From assembly GCA_963668025.2 (NCBI GenBank), contig CAXXTH010000009.1, positions 96,001 to 160,000 of the forward strand: a DNA stretch of 64,000 bases. The letters run 5' to 3'. Source of the DNA: Candidatus Hydrogenedentota bacterium. Lineage in GTDB: Bacteria; Hydrogenedentota; Hydrogenedentia; Hydrogenedentales; SLHB01. The position numbers were made by a program, and so were the translations under genes. Of the stretch, positions 39,742 to 49,957 are shown piece after piece. The notes beneath the pieces were generated by a model. It was not told the origin of the DNA, searched no databases, and was given only the letters and a program-made list of their open reading frames with translations. Each line of letters opens with the position of its first letter. Within the stretch, counting starts at the first letter, position 1.

Positions 39742-40902
39742 TCAACGGTAGCCCGTGCAAGCGTCGTAATCGACAAAAGTGGCGCGTTCGGCATCGGCTG
39801 CTTCGGGGGATAGCGGCAGGCGTACAGTCTCTTTGCGTTTAAGAGAAAGCAGTGCAGCCACGTTCAATTCATACGCTTTGTAACCGTCCCAGCCTGTCAC
39901 CAATGGTTTTTCTTCATCGCGGATGACTTGCAGGAAGTTTTCGATCAATCCCATGAAGCCCCCGAATTCTTCATCGAACAGGAGCGTATTCGGGATCACG
40001 GGGCGCCAGCTTTTAGCGGGGCCTTCTTCGCTGTCATAAAGGTGAAGCTCGTATTGGTCTTCCACCGATAGCCACGCTTTCTCGCCGTAGATCTCGATCC
40101 GCTCCCAGGGCTTGAGGCTCAAGGCCGAACAACTGGTGTAGATCTGGCCTATCGAGCCTGATTCGAACTCGAAGTCGAGCATGGCGCTGTCGAAGGGATA
40201 CAGATCGTGGTTGCGGTGGTATTTGTTGACGCCGATGGCGTGAACCGTGGCGGCGTCTCCCATGAAATAGCGCGCCAGGTCCAACACATGGATTGTTCCG
40301 GCTTCGAGCATATGCACCACGTAATCGTAGCCCAGGTTGAATTTGCCCGCCAGCATCGCCGGGTTGTGGACAAGTCCTTCATCGATCAATCGCTTGGCGC
40401 GGCGGTAGGGAGGACTGAAACGCTTGTTGGAGACGGTCATCACCGGCACGCCGCGTTGGTCAGCCAGTGAGCACACACGGTGTCCTTCAACCAATGACAG
40501 TGTGAATGGTTTTTCGACGAGAATGGGCAACCCTCGTTCGATGCAGGCGATTGCGTGCTCCGCATGTACCTGATTGGGGCTGAAAATCATCACGCCATCC
40601 AGTGGCTCTTGTTCGAGCATCTGTTGGTAATCGCCATACCATCTGCCGCCCCATGTGCGCTCGATCAAGCGCCCGGCTTTCTCGTCGCGGCGGCAGAAGG
40701 CCGCCACCTCGACAGGCTCCCATATCGTTTGCAGGCGTTTGATCGCCGGGAAATGCTTACTGACGGTTACTCCGCCCGCGCCGATGATGCCGAGACGGAG
40801 AGGGCGGCGTGCGGCGCGGGCCTCGTCGAATCCCACGCCATAAACGTCAGCCTCTTCAAACATCTTCTTGATTGGTGAATGGCCATAGGTCTCTTCTAGC
40901 AT
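39742..40902 (-). CDS. Gfo/Idh/MocA-family NAD(P) oxidoreductase
   Basis: GIIGAGG, LVEKP, IHVLD. Confidence 0.9.
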   Translation of the reverse strand: MLEETYGHSPIKKMFEEADVYGVGFDEARAARRPLRLGIIGAGGVTVSKHFPAIKRLQTIWEPVEVAAFCRRDEKAGRLIERTWGGRWYGDYQQMLEQEPLDGVMIFSPNQVHAEHAIACIERGLPILVEKPFTLSLVEGHRVCSLADQRGVPVMTVSNKRFSPPYRRAKRLIDEGLVHNPAMLAGKFNLGYDYVVHMLEAGTIHVLDLARYFMGDAATVHAIGVNKYHRNHDLYPFDSAMLDFEFESGSIGQIYTSCSALSLKPWERIEIYGEKAWLSVEDQYELHLYDSEEGPAKSWRPVIPNTLLFDEEFGGFMGLIENFLQVIRDEEKPLVTGWDGYKAYELNVAALLSLKRKETVRLPLSPEAADAERATFVDYDACTGYR

Positions 40903-40919
40903 GATCGGTTGCCTTTCGT

Positions 40920-41588
40920 TCAGTCGATGACGCCTACGACGGTACAAGGTCCGCTATCCATATCTTTGACCAGCCATGGGTTGATACGGACTTCACGCAA
41001 TCCGTTCAGGTCGTGTTCGAGGTTCATTTCCTCAATCACCAGGAAACGCCTGCCTTCGCCTTCCAACAAAACGTTATGGGCGCGCATGGTTTGTTCGAGG
41101 TGCGCGATGCAAGCGAGTGACGGCACATCGAGCCCCAGGGCGCGCAGTTGAGGGCATTCCCGGCGAATCCATTGTGCGGCTTCGATGCCTAGGCCCGGCA
41201 TGCGCTGGCTGAAGCGTGGCTTATCGCTCCGGCGTATCGCGCCCGCGCCAAACCTTAAGAGTGCGAAATCAGTAGTTTTCAAGGCTTCCTGATGTGGAAT
41301 GAGATCCTCTGGCATAACCACTTGCCCATCATTCAGCTTTAGTTCCACTACGACAGGCTGCGAGAAAATCAGTTCCTCGGGAGCGAACTCGGTGATCTGC
41401 ACGCCGCCTTCCACCACATGGCAGGCCGTGTCCAGATGTGTGCCCGTATGATTGGCCACCGTGAGCACTTGCACGCTGGCGGCGTCCTTGGCGACCGTGG
41501 AGAGCGGCGTCAAGGACGGAGCCGGGATAGCAGGAGGACGTGGGCCATCCACATCGAGCGGAAAGGATAACCAGACATATCGTGGCAT
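40920..41588 (-). CDS. Cyclase-family metal hydrolase (kynurenine formamidase-like)
   Basis: HTGTHLD motif, GLDVPS, H..LL, IEEM. Confidence 0.88.
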   Translation of the reverse strand: MPRYVWLSFPLDVDGPRPPAIPAPSLTPLSTVAKDAASVQVLTVANHTGTHLDTACHVVEGGVQITEFAPEELIFSQPVVVELKLNDGQVVMPEDLIPHQEALKTTDFALLRFGAGAIRRSDKPRFSQRMPGLGIEAAQWIRRECPQLRALGLDVPSLACIAHLEQTMRAHNVLLEGEGRRFLVIEEMNLEHDLNGLREVRINPWLVKDMDSGPCTVVGVID

Positions 41589-41602
41589 TCCATGCACTCC
41601 TG

Positions 41603-42331
41603 TTACGGCAATTCCGGCGCATTCCGTTTGGCTTCGCGGACGATCTCGATATACTTTCGGCATTGCTTGGAGATCCAGTCCACGCCTTCGCGCTCGATCA
41701 TCGCCGGGTCCACGAAATTACGCGCGCCGCTGATCGCGCAAGCTCCACAGCGTATGAAGTCGCCCGCATTTTCCAAGCTGATTCCGCCCGAGGGACATAG
41801 GTTGACCTCGGGAAAAACCATCTTGAGATTGGTCATGTATTTTGGCCCGCCCAGTCCTGCCGGGAAAATTTTGACCATGGTCGCGCCGGCCCTCATGGCG
41901 GTGAAGACCTCTGTCGCCGTGAAGGCCCCCGAGAAAATCGGCACGCAGTAACGGTTGGCCAGGTCGATGACTTCGGGGATCACGCACGGATTGACGATGA
42001 CGCTTCCGCCGTGGAGGATCACCTCCCGTGCGCTCGTGGCATCGAGCACCGTCCCGGCGGCGACCCACAGCTTGCCCTTGAATTCACTGGCTATCGCTTC
42101 GATTGCCCCCAACACGCCGGGGGTTGTCATCGTGATCTCGATGATGCGCGCGCCGCCTTCATAGAGCGCTTGGGCCCACGCCATAAAATCGGCTTTTTTC
42201 TTGAGTTTCATCGCGGGCAGTATGCCCGAAGCCTTGACTTGCTCGATGACGATCTCTTTAAGTGTGGCGTCGCTGCGGCCCGGCGCCGATGTGTCTGTAT
42301 CCGTTTGCATGATGCTTTCACTCACTTTCAT
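41603..42331 (-). CDS. eda: KDPG/KHG aldolase
   Basis: IEIT, AGTVLD, GAFTATE, KIFPA, PSGGI. Confidence 0.88.
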   Translation of the reverse strand: MKVSESIMQTDTDTSAPGRSDATLKEIVIEQVKASGILPAMKLKKKADFMAWAQALYEGGARIIEITMTTPGVLGAIEAIASEFKGKLWVAAGTVLDATSAREVILHGGSVIVNPCVIPEVIDLANRYCVPIFSGAFTATEVFTAMRAGATMVKIFPAGLGGPKYMTNLKMVFPEVNLCPSGGISLENAGDFIRCGACAISGARNFVDPAMIEREGVDWISKQCRKYIEIVREAKRNAPELP

Positions 42332-43323
42332 CGCTTGACTTCAAAAGCGGTCTCATCGCTCGATTTTTTCATGAGAGTTTCGACTTCTTCCTTCGAGACA
42401 TGGCCCACATCGCCCGGGACGGTGTGGTGCAGCGCACAAAAAGCGTTGCCGAAGTTCATCGCATACTCAGGATCGCCTGTAGTCAGATAGGCATACAGGA
42501 AGCTCGAACCCCATGCATCGCCGCCGCCGAAGCGGTCGATTACATCAATAGTATGCTTTTTGCCGTGCAGCACCTGGCCGTCCGTATAGAGCATCGTATT
42601 CCATCCGCCGTGTAGGACGTCATAAACTTCGCGCAACGTGATCGCGACAATCTTGCAGCCGAACTCTTCGTGGAACTTCTTGATGATGTCTTCGTATGCC
42701 CCCTTGTAGCCGAAGACAATTTCCGAATCCCACTGGGTCGTGATCAGGATATCGGCATGTTTGATGATCTCGCTTTGCACGCGCCGGGCCTCCTCGGGGC
42801 TCCATAGGTGTTCGCGATAATTGACATCGAAGCCAATGAGGCAGCCTTGCCGTTTAGCGGCTTGAATGAATTCGAGAGCGGCTTCGGTGCAGTTCTTCGA
42901 AAGACCAGGAAAGATGCCATCGGTGTACGCGAGCTTGGCTCCCTTGAGAATCGTGTCCCAATCAAAATCGCCTGGCGCGATGGTGCTGGCGGCTGAATTC
43001 TTACGATCATAGACCACCGCGCTGGGGCGGGGGGTTGCGCCGAACTCGATATAATTCACGCCCAGGCGGGAACCATCCACCATCTGGATCAAGGAAGCAT
43101 CCACACCGCAGCTCATGTAATGGTCTTTCATGAGCAGGCCCAAGGCGTTGTTGGGCACTTTGGTGGCGAAGGTGGTTTTGAGTCCCAATCGCGCCATATT
43201 GCTGGCCACGTTGCCTTGCGAGCCGCATACATGCACATCAAACGTGTGCGCCCGGCGAATCCGTTCATAACGCGGAGGGGACAAACGCAGCATCCCTTCT
43301 CCTACTGTCACCACATCAAACAT
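42328..43323 (-). CDS. kdgK: PfkB-family sugar kinase (2-keto-3-deoxygluconate kinase-like)
   Basis: GEGMLRLSP, YDRKNSA, FDVNYR, DRFGGGDA. Confidence 0.8.
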   Translation of the reverse strand: MFDVVTVGEGMLRLSPPRYERIRRAHTFDVHVCGSQGNVASNMARLGLKTTFATKVPNNALGLLMKDHYMSCGVDASLIQMVDGSRLGVNYIEFGATPRPSAVVYDRKNSAASTIAPGDFDWDTILKGAKLAYTDGIFPGLSKNCTEAALEFIQAAKRQGCLIGFDVNYREHLWSPEEARRVQSEIIKHADILITTQWDSEIVFGYKGAYEDIIKKFHEEFGCKIVAITLREVYDVLHGGWNTMLYTDGQVLHGKKHTIDVIDRFGGGDAWGSSFLYAYLTTGDPEYAMNFGNAFCALHHTVPGDVGHVSKEEVETLMKKSSDETAFEVKR

Positions 43324-43384
43324 GCTGTTTTTCTCCTAGCATCTATTGTTGTTTGTTGGTACTGCATATGTTTCAGCGCCTATC

Positions 43385-44557
43385 TCAGCGCGGGGTCGCG
43401 TCGGGAAGTCCGCCGTCAATTGGAATCGTTGCACCCGTAGTGGGCGTTTGATGGGTTACGAAGAACAGCACCGCATTGGCCACATGGCGCGATGTCACAC
43501 GCATCTTGAGCAGGTTGCGGTTTCGGTAGTATTCTTCTAGTCCACCTTCATCGAGTCCGCGCGCTTTCATCCGATCCGGCCCCACCGTGGCCCAGAGGCC
43601 CGATTTGGTCTTACCGTCGTCCGAGAAAACGCCATCGGGAGCGACCATGTTAACTCGGATGCCAAACTCGGCTAGTTCCAGGCTGGCGATGCGGGCAAGC
43701 TGGTGGCTGGCGGCTTTAGTCGCGCTGTATGCTCCGAACCGCGCTCCGGGCGCGAAGACGTTCTTGGTCGAAACGAGTACGATATCGCCGCCTGTATGTT
43801 GGAGCTGCATAATCCGTGCTGCTTCGGCCAGCGTCAGCAATGTGCCATCCACATTGACCTGCTCTAATTTTTGGAAGGCCGCTAGTGTCAATTCGGTGAG
43901 CGCAGCCACATGGGCGATCCCCGCATTGAGGACGACGATGTCCACCCCGCCCCAGGCCAAACAAATTTGCGTAAAGCCATGTTTGACAGATTCTTCACTG
44001 GTGACGTCAATGGGCGTTGCGATGATACGCTGGCCAAACTCGGCTTCGAACTCATCTCTAAAATGCTCCAGCGCTTCTCCTGGCAAATCAGCTCCGGCCA
44101 CATACGCGCCTTGCTCCAGCAACCGCCGGCAGATGCCCCGGCCGATAGCCCCGGCTGCTCCGGTCACCAGCGCCACACGTTGATGGAGTGGGAGGGATGA
44201 TGTTGCGGCGTCTTCAGGCGCGGGCATCACAATGCCCCGCTGGCGCACGCACACCGCCGTTGGGCTTGCACCATGCTCCTGTGTGAATTGTGTAAAGGCC
44301 TCTGCCGCTTGCCCACGCCAGGATTGCGGTGTTTCACCTTCCGCCATCGGCTCCACCACCAACGGCGGCTGGTTCAGCGATGCGGGCAACGCGGCCTTGC
44401 CTGGGCCTTCGGCGTACTCCCTTGATTCCGGATCCGTCATTGTTCTCAAGATCACAGGCTGCCAGGGCACATCGGCGTCACCGGTGGGCTGGGCGAACAG
44501 CCCGCGCAAGGCGGGGGCTAATGCGCCTAACATGCATTCGGCCATCGCGTTGCTCAT
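43385..44557 (-). CDS. SDR oxidoreductase resembling the C-terminal part of bifunctional aldolase/SDR proteins
   Basis: TGAAGAIG, NAG, STKNVFAPG..FGAYSATKAA, SGLW, Y..RNLLK. Confidence 0.85.
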   Translation of the reverse strand: MSNAMAECMLGALAPALRGLFAQPTGDADVPWQPVILRTMTDPESREYAEGPGKAALPASLNQPPLVVEPMAEGETPQSWRGQAAEAFTQFTQEHGASPTAVCVRQRGIVMPAPEDAATSSLPLHQRVALVTGAAGAIGRGICRRLLEQGAYVAGADLPGEALEHFRDEFEAEFGQRIIATPIDVTSEESVKHGFTQICLAWGGVDIVVLNAGIAHVAALTELTLAAFQKLEQVNVDGTLLTLAEAARIMQLQHTGGDIVLVSTKNVFAPGARFGAYSATKAASHQLARIASLELAEFGIRVNMVAPDGVFSDDGKTKSGLWATVGPDRMKARGLDEGGLEEYYRNRNLLKMRVTSRHVANAVLFFVTHQTPTTGATIPIDGGLPDATPR

Positions 44558-44862
44558 GATGATGGCTCCGAGGCTTTCGGGAAGGCCTTGAGCGTGGGCA
44601 GCACTTCAGACCACTCGAAGACTCCCGCTCGCATATAGGGGTCGGAGGCCATCAAGGCTTTGGCGTTTTCGAGTGTTTCGGCCTCGAAGATGATTAGTGA
44701 GCCGATAGACTTGCTCGTGTCACTATTTTTTAAAGGACCAGCGAAGAGAAGGCAGCCTGAGGCGTCCAGCCGCGCCATGTGCGCCAAATGCGCATCCCGG
44801 TTTGCGGTGCGTAAATCGCCGCCCTCTAGCTTGTCTTTTGCATATAAAACAAAAATACACAT
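44554..44862 (-). CDS. YciI-family protein
   Basis: R...RDAHL, AGP, GSLII, DPY..AG. Confidence 0.88.
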   Translation of the reverse strand: MCIFVLYAKDKLEGGDLRTANRDAHLAHMARLDASGCLLFAGPLKNSDTSKSIGSLIIFEAETLENAKALMASDPYMRAGVFEWSEVLPTLKAFPKASEPSS

Positions 44863-44882
44863 CTATCATCGCTCCTGTTGCG

Positions 44883-45770
44883 TTAGTTTGCCCGTTCGCT
44901 TTGGCGAAGCTCTTGCCATAGGGCGTATGCGTCCTTGGGCTTCATGTTTTCATGCACGACACGCGCGACTACTTCCATCATGGACTTGGGCGCATCGCTT
45001 TGGAAAATGTTGCGTCCCATGTCCACGCCAGACGCCCCGCCCTGGATGGCGTTGTAGGCCATCGTCAGCGCGTCCAATTCCGGCAGCTTTTTGCCTCCGG
45101 CCATCACGATCGGCACGGGGCACGAGGAGGTGATCGTTTCAAAATCCTCGTCCACGTAATAAGTCTTGACGAGATTTGCGCCCAATTCGGCACAGATGCG
45201 GCAGGCCAGGCGGAAGTATCTAGCGTCGCGCACCATATCCTTGCCCACGGCGGTCACGGCCATCGTCGGGATGCCATATTTGAAACCCAAATCCACCAGC
45301 CGGGTCATGTTATGCACCGAGCGGGTCTCAAATTCACCCCCGATGAATACCTGCAAGGTCAGAGCGGAGACATTCATGCGAATGGCGTCTTCAATGTCCA
45401 CTGCTAGTTCTTCGTTGGAGAGTTCCTTGAGGATCGATGGGCCGCCCGAGCAGCGCATCACAATCGGCTTGTTGAGTGTGGGTGGCACGACGCTGCGTAA
45501 GATGCCCCGGGTCAGCATCAGCGCGTCGGCCTGCGGCATCAACGGCACGATGCTCAAATCCACCCGTTCCAGCCCTGTTGTGGGCCCTTGGAAGTACCCA
45601 TGGTCAATGGCCAGCATCACCGTGCGGCCCGTCGATGGGCGGAAAATGCGCGATAAACGATCTTTCATTCCCCAATCGAGGTTTTGTGCGCCTTTCAAGA
45701 AAAAGCCATCGCTTTTCTGGGGAATATCGGCATAGAACCTTTTCGCTTCTTTTTCATCTGCTTCCGGCAT
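44883..45770 (-). CDS. lsrF: LsrF-like class I aldolase/thiolase
   Basis: [52 protein letters not shown]. Confidence 0.9.
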   Translation of the reverse strand: MPEADEKEAKRFYADIPQKSDGFFLKGAQNLDWGMKDRLSRIFRPSTGRTVMLAIDHGYFQGPTTGLERVDLSIVPLMPQADALMLTRGILRSVVPPTLNKPIVMRCSGGPSILKELSNEELAVDIEDAIRMNVSALTLQVFIGGEFETRSVHNMTRLVDLGFKYGIPTMAVTAVGKDMVRDARYFRLACRICAELGANLVKTYYVDEDFETITSSCPVPIVMAGGKKLPELDALTMAYNAIQGGASGVDMGRNIFQSDAPKSMMEVVARVVHENMKPKDAYALWQELRQSERAN

Positions 45771-45815
45771 GTTCGCTGTTCCTTTCTATCTAGATTTCTT
45801 GAACGGAGTGCATGG

Positions 45816-46517
45816 CTACTCGAGGACATCCGCCAAGTCTTCCGCACGCCCATATTTATATAGATAGCGGTGGCGTTCTTCGCGCCACAACGTCTCGGGG
45901 ATCTCAACCACTCCGCCTATCGCTTGGACCTGAATGAGAATCTGCGCCGCTTTTTCGACAAACCGGCAGCAGACGACGGCCTCATCCATTGTGCGCCCGC
46001 CACAAATCACGCCATGATTGCCCATGAGCACCGCGCACGCATCGGGGCCGATGGCCGCTCGGGCCGCCGCCGCCAGTTCCTTGTGGCGGCCCGCGGGAAC
46101 ATAAGGTGCGCAATTGACTTGGCCTCCGATCACTTCGGCCATGTCATCGCTCAAGACGGGGATCGCCTTGTGGGCGCAGGCGACGGCCGAGCTCCAAGGA
46201 GCGTGGTGGTGAATCAGCACGGCAAGATCGGGCCGTTCGAGCATGATCTGGCGGTGAAGCTCCGTCTCGCTGGTGGGCACGCGCTCGCCCTTGAGCTTCT
46301 TGCCTTCCCAGGAGACCAGCGCCAAATCTTCCGGCGTAAGTTCCTCGTAGTTGACGCGCGAGGGCGTAACTAGCAATCCCTCTTCCGTGCGCACCGACAT
46401 ATTGCCCCAGGTGCCGACGAAGTACGCAAGCGTATCGCGCATGAAAAAACAAGTCTCCAATACGCGGCGACGCAGTTCGACGGTATCCGCAAGCGGCTGG
46501 ATAGGTTCATTTGCCAT
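45816..46517 (-). CDS. Class II aldolase/adducin family (FucA-like)
   Basis: GNMS, TPS, PTSETELH, H-x-H, NHG. Confidence 0.88.
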   Translation of the reverse strand: MANEPIQPLADTVELRRRVLETCFFMRDTLAYFVGTWGNMSVRTEEGLLVTPSRVNYEELTPEDLALVSWEGKKLKGERVPTSETELHRQIMLERPDLAVLIHHHAPWSSAVACAHKAIPVLSDDMAEVIGGQVNCAPYVPAGRHKELAAAARAAIGPDACAVLMGNHGVICGGRTMDEAVVCCRFVEKAAQILIQVQAIGGVVEIPETLWREERHRYLYKYGRAEDLADVLE

Positions 46518-46519
46518 GG

Positions 46520-47683
46520 TTATTCCTTCCGATCTTTTTGGGTGAAATCCGCCAGCCATTGGCTGTCCCATAGCGAGGGAAATGAATGCGCCTCGTATGG
46601 GTGGGCGGCAATAGCGGCTTCATCGAGTTCAATGCCGAGTCCAGGGCCTTCTGGTAGCCTGAACTCACCATGCTGGACGGGCTCCCAGCCGCACACGAAG
46701 CTATTGCGCCAGGGCACATCGTATTGGGAGAAATTCTCTTGCATCCAAACCTGCGGCGTAGCCCATCCGAAATGCAGCGCCGCACAAAGCGCCACCGGGC
46801 CCACGGACACGTGCGGGGAAAGCCGGATATCTTGCGCTTGAGCCATAGCGGCGATTTTCTTGCCCATCCACAGCCCGCCGCAGTGCGAGAGATCCGGTTG
46901 AAGCACGTCCATCGCACGCATGGCGCAAGCCCGCCAGAATTCCTCCAATGTATAGAGCCGCTCCCCGGCGGCAATGGGATACGGCAGCGCCTGCTTGACT
47001 TCCATGAGCAAATCCAGGCTGTTGGGTGACACCGGCTCTTCGAAGAACGCCGGGCGGTATTTTCCGAGCCGACGCCCTATCTCGATGGCGCATCCAGCCG
47101 ACAAGCGCCCGTGGCCTTCAAGCAAGAGTTCGATGTGTGCGCCGATGGCGCTGCGGACAACCGCGACCCGTTCCTCGGCCACGTCCATTTCCTCGCGTGT
47201 CATATCCTTCCAGGCGGTGCCAAACGGATCGAGCTTCATGCCTCGATAGCCCAGTGATACGACATCCTTCGCTTTTTCCGCATATTCTTCCGGAGTGTGT
47301 GCGCCACCATACCAGCCATTGGCATAGGCTGGGAGAGAGCGCCTCGCACGGCCGCCCAGCAATTGGTAAACGGGAACCTTAAGCGCTTTGCCCAGAATGT
47401 CCCACATGGCGATCTCGACGGCGCTGATCGCGGTCATCACGGTCGAGCCGCCTTGATACTGATCCCGGATTAGCGCACTTACGACCGCTTCGAGCTCAGA
47501 CGGGTCTTTGCCCATAATGCGGCTTTCAACCCATTCATGCAGCAGTGTCTGCACAGTCTTTTCTTGCCATTCCAGCGAGGCTTCTCCCAGGCCGGTCAGG
47601 CCCCGGTCCGTGGTAAGGCGCACGAACAGGTAGTTACGAAGGCCTGAGTTTGCAAGGAACGTTTCGAGTTTCGTGATCTTCAT
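46520..47683 (-). CDS. Mandelate racemase/enolase-superfamily acid-sugar dehydratase (DgoD-like)
   Basis: WDILGK, PVYQLLGG, YANGW, K.DPFG, EGHGR, FEEP, GER, QPD. Confidence 0.9.
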   Translation of the reverse strand: MKITKLETFLANSGLRNYLFVRLTTDRGLTGLGEASLEWQEKTVQTLLHEWVESRIMGKDPSELEAVVSALIRDQYQGGSTVMTAISAVEIAMWDILGKALKVPVYQLLGGRARRSLPAYANGWYGGAHTPEEYAEKAKDVVSLGYRGMKLDPFGTAWKDMTREEMDVAEERVAVVRSAIGAHIELLLEGHGRLSAGCAIEIGRRLGKYRPAFFEEPVSPNSLDLLMEVKQALPYPIAAGERLYTLEEFWRACAMRAMDVLQPDLSHCGGLWMGKKIAAMAQAQDIRLSPHVSVGPVALCAALHFGWATPQVWMQENFSQYDVPWRNSFVCGWEPVQHGEFRLPEGPGLGIELDEAAIAAHPYEAHSFPSLWDSQWLADFTQKDRKE

Positions 47684-47697
47684 GAGTGTTCCGCCTT

Positions 47698-48768
47698 TCA
47701 GGCTCCTAGCAAAACACGTGCGATGGCCTCGATGGCCGTCTTGTCACCACGGAAGGCCCACACCTGGCTATTCTCTTCGGTGGCGAACTGTCCCTCATGC
47801 GCGGCAATCGCTGGTGCGTGATATTCCATCTCGCAGAAGTCGCCCAGCGCGCTCTCGATATTCACGGCATTGATCGCATAACCTAGGTCTGCCGGGTCGC
47901 CCTTGGGCACATCCACATATTCGCCAGAGGGATTAACGTGAAAGTTGCGCACCACCAGCGACCATTGCTCGCCTTGCGGATACAGGTAGCCCACTCGGCC
48001 GCAGATGGCTGCCGCGCGTATGGCGATTTTATGTTCACCAGGATAGGTCACGCTCCAGCGAAGCAGCCGATCACCAATGCTCATTTTATCCGCGGGCAGC
48101 TCGCCGAAAAGCGCCAGCGGTTCGGTTTTGTAATAGGTCGGCACGATCAGCTCGCCTCCATGGGGCAACTGAATCAAGTTCCAGATGCCTAGCGCGGTGG
48201 GATTCTTCTCTGCTTCTCCTAGTAGCGCCAGTGTCGTGCGCTGCGTGTAACCGGCATATGCGACGTTCTCTAGAAGCGAAGCATATTCTTGTTCATGACG
48301 CAATGGGCATGCGGCGGCGCTTAGCGTTTTGGATAGTTCAAGCTCGACCGTGCGGCAGGGCCGGGCCAGCTCGAGCTGCATGCGCTGCGCCAAGCGAAGC
48401 CCTGCGCCTGAGTGAGATATTGTATATTCACTTGCGTCCAATTGGGGTGGCTCCCAATGCGCCTGGCACTTGGGATAATCGGGAAAGAAGATATCCAGTT
48501 CGGGTGAAATCCAGGTGCGGTCGCCGCCGGTGTTATGCCAGCCCTCGCTGGCAAACAGCGCTTTGGCCTCGGAAGGCTCCTCCAACGCTTGATTGGCCCA
48601 GTAAAAATTCACTTCACTATTTGCAGGATACAACCCCAGCACGCGCGCGCCATGCGGCAATACAAGCAGCTTCGCGCCGTCTGTGCACGTATACACATGC
48701 GCCTCTTTGCCTGCCGCCGCCAGCCCCGCGAGCAGCGTATGCATCGTTCCTTCAGCCATGAGTTTCAT
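47698..48768 (-). CDS. Conserved hypothetical protein (DUF6786-like, beta-sandwich)
   Basis: WHNTGGDRTWISPE and FCEMEYHAPA motifs, recalled for DUF6786. Confidence 0.65.
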   Translation of the reverse strand: MKLMAEGTMHTLLAGLAAAGKEAHVYTCTDGAKLLVLPHGARVLGLYPANSEVNFYWANQALEEPSEAKALFASEGWHNTGGDRTWISPELDIFFPDYPKCQAHWEPPQLDASEYTISHSGAGLRLAQRMQLELARPCRTVELELSKTLSAAACPLRHEQEYASLLENVAYAGYTQRTTLALLGEAEKNPTALGIWNLIQLPHGGELIVPTYYKTEPLALFGELPADKMSIGDRLLRWSVTYPGEHKIAIRAAAICGRVGYLYPQGEQWSLVVRNFHVNPSGEYVDVPKGDPADLGYAINAVNIESALGDFCEMEYHAPAIAAHEGQFATEENSQVWAFRGDKTAIEAIARVLLGA

Positions 48769-48789
48769 CGTCGAGTTCCTTGATTGATG

Positions 48790-49854
48790 TCAGTTCGCCA
48801 GCGTGTTGCTCCAGGCCAGGATGATTACGGCCACCACCAGAATCGCCAGTGCTAGATACATCTGCATGCGTGGTTTGCCTAAAATGCCGCGCCATTCGCC
48901 TGAGATGAATCCTACCGCCTGATTGCCCATAATCTGCATCGTCTGTTGGATCGCAAATCCCACCGATGCGCCCAAGACGCCCAGCAGCAGCATTCCCCTG
49001 CCCATTAAGTTCACCGCCACGATGAATTGAACGCCGATTACGCAGGCAAGGAGCATCTCGGGAATGTTCGCAAAAAGCACGCCCCAGTTTTTGTTTTTGG
49101 TCATCAGGTAGGCGGGGAAGAGGATATTCACGGCGGCGCCGCTCATCAGCGCCGCCGCCCAAACCCCCATATTGGCCGCTAAATCGCCCGCCCCCTGCGC
49201 TTTTATGCCTTCCACTATCGGGCCTTGGGCATATACGAAACTGAGCGAAAGCCCGGCTGATGTTACGCCCGCGATCACGGTCATGATTAATCCGCCCAAG
49301 AATCCGCCTTTGCCATGCTTAGCAGCGTTCCCGGGATTTTGAGAATGGTTCCCGTTTTTCTGGAGCGCCTGGTTCCGGCCAAATCCGGCTAGAGAGGAAA
49401 ACACCACTCCTATCAGCATGACGCCTAGGGCAAGCAAGATCACTTTTCCGCTATTCGAGGAGAGGTCTGGGGCGTTGCGGAATAATCCGGTTCCCTTCAT
49501 CACCATCGGCAGTATGGTTCCGGCAATCACGCCAAATCCGGTCATAATAGCGCCGGTCAGCGCCGCGCCGATCCGCTCGACACATAGGCCATATAGCACA
49601 TTGGCTATTCCCCAGGCCAGCGCGAACAGGTTGGCTTTGAGCAATACGCCCCAGCCTACACTCGCGTAAACGGAAAACGCGTGGGGAACGCTTACAAGCA
49701 CCACAATCCAGGGAACGAGAAACAAGGCCACCAGCATGGCCACAAACCAGTAATGCTCGAATTGAAGCCGCCGCATCATTTTCATTGGCCACATGATGCT
49801 GCCCGTTCCCAAGCCCGCCAGCATCACCAAACAGATTCCGAGCATTGTTTCCAT
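48790..49854 (-). CDS. rhaT: RhaT-family L-rhamnose/H+ symporter
   Basis: PMK..R...EHYW, WGIAN..YG, EWRG; about 10 TM segments. Confidence 0.85.
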   Translation of the reverse strand: METMLGICLVMLAGLGTGSIMWPMKMMRRLQFEHYWFVAMLVALFLVPWIVVLVSVPHAFSVYASVGWGVLLKANLFALAWGIANVLYGLCVERIGAALTGAIMTGFGVIAGTILPMVMKGTGLFRNAPDLSSNSGKVILLALGVMLIGVVFSSLAGFGRNQALQKNGNHSQNPGNAAKHGKGGFLGGLIMTVIAGVTSAGLSLSFVYAQGPIVEGIKAQGAGDLAANMGVWAAALMSGAAVNILFPAYLMTKNKNWGVLFANIPEMLLACVIGVQFIVAVNLMGRGMLLLGVLGASVGFAIQQTMQIMGNQAVGFISGEWRGILGKPRMQMYLALAILVVAVIILAWSNTLAN

Positions 49855-49957
49855 GTTTACCGCGCCCCCTGTAATCGTTTTTTCATATCACCGGCCATTG
49901 AAATGCTGGCCAATCTCAAAAAATCATTTTCTCCATACCTCAATAGCACCGGAACAC

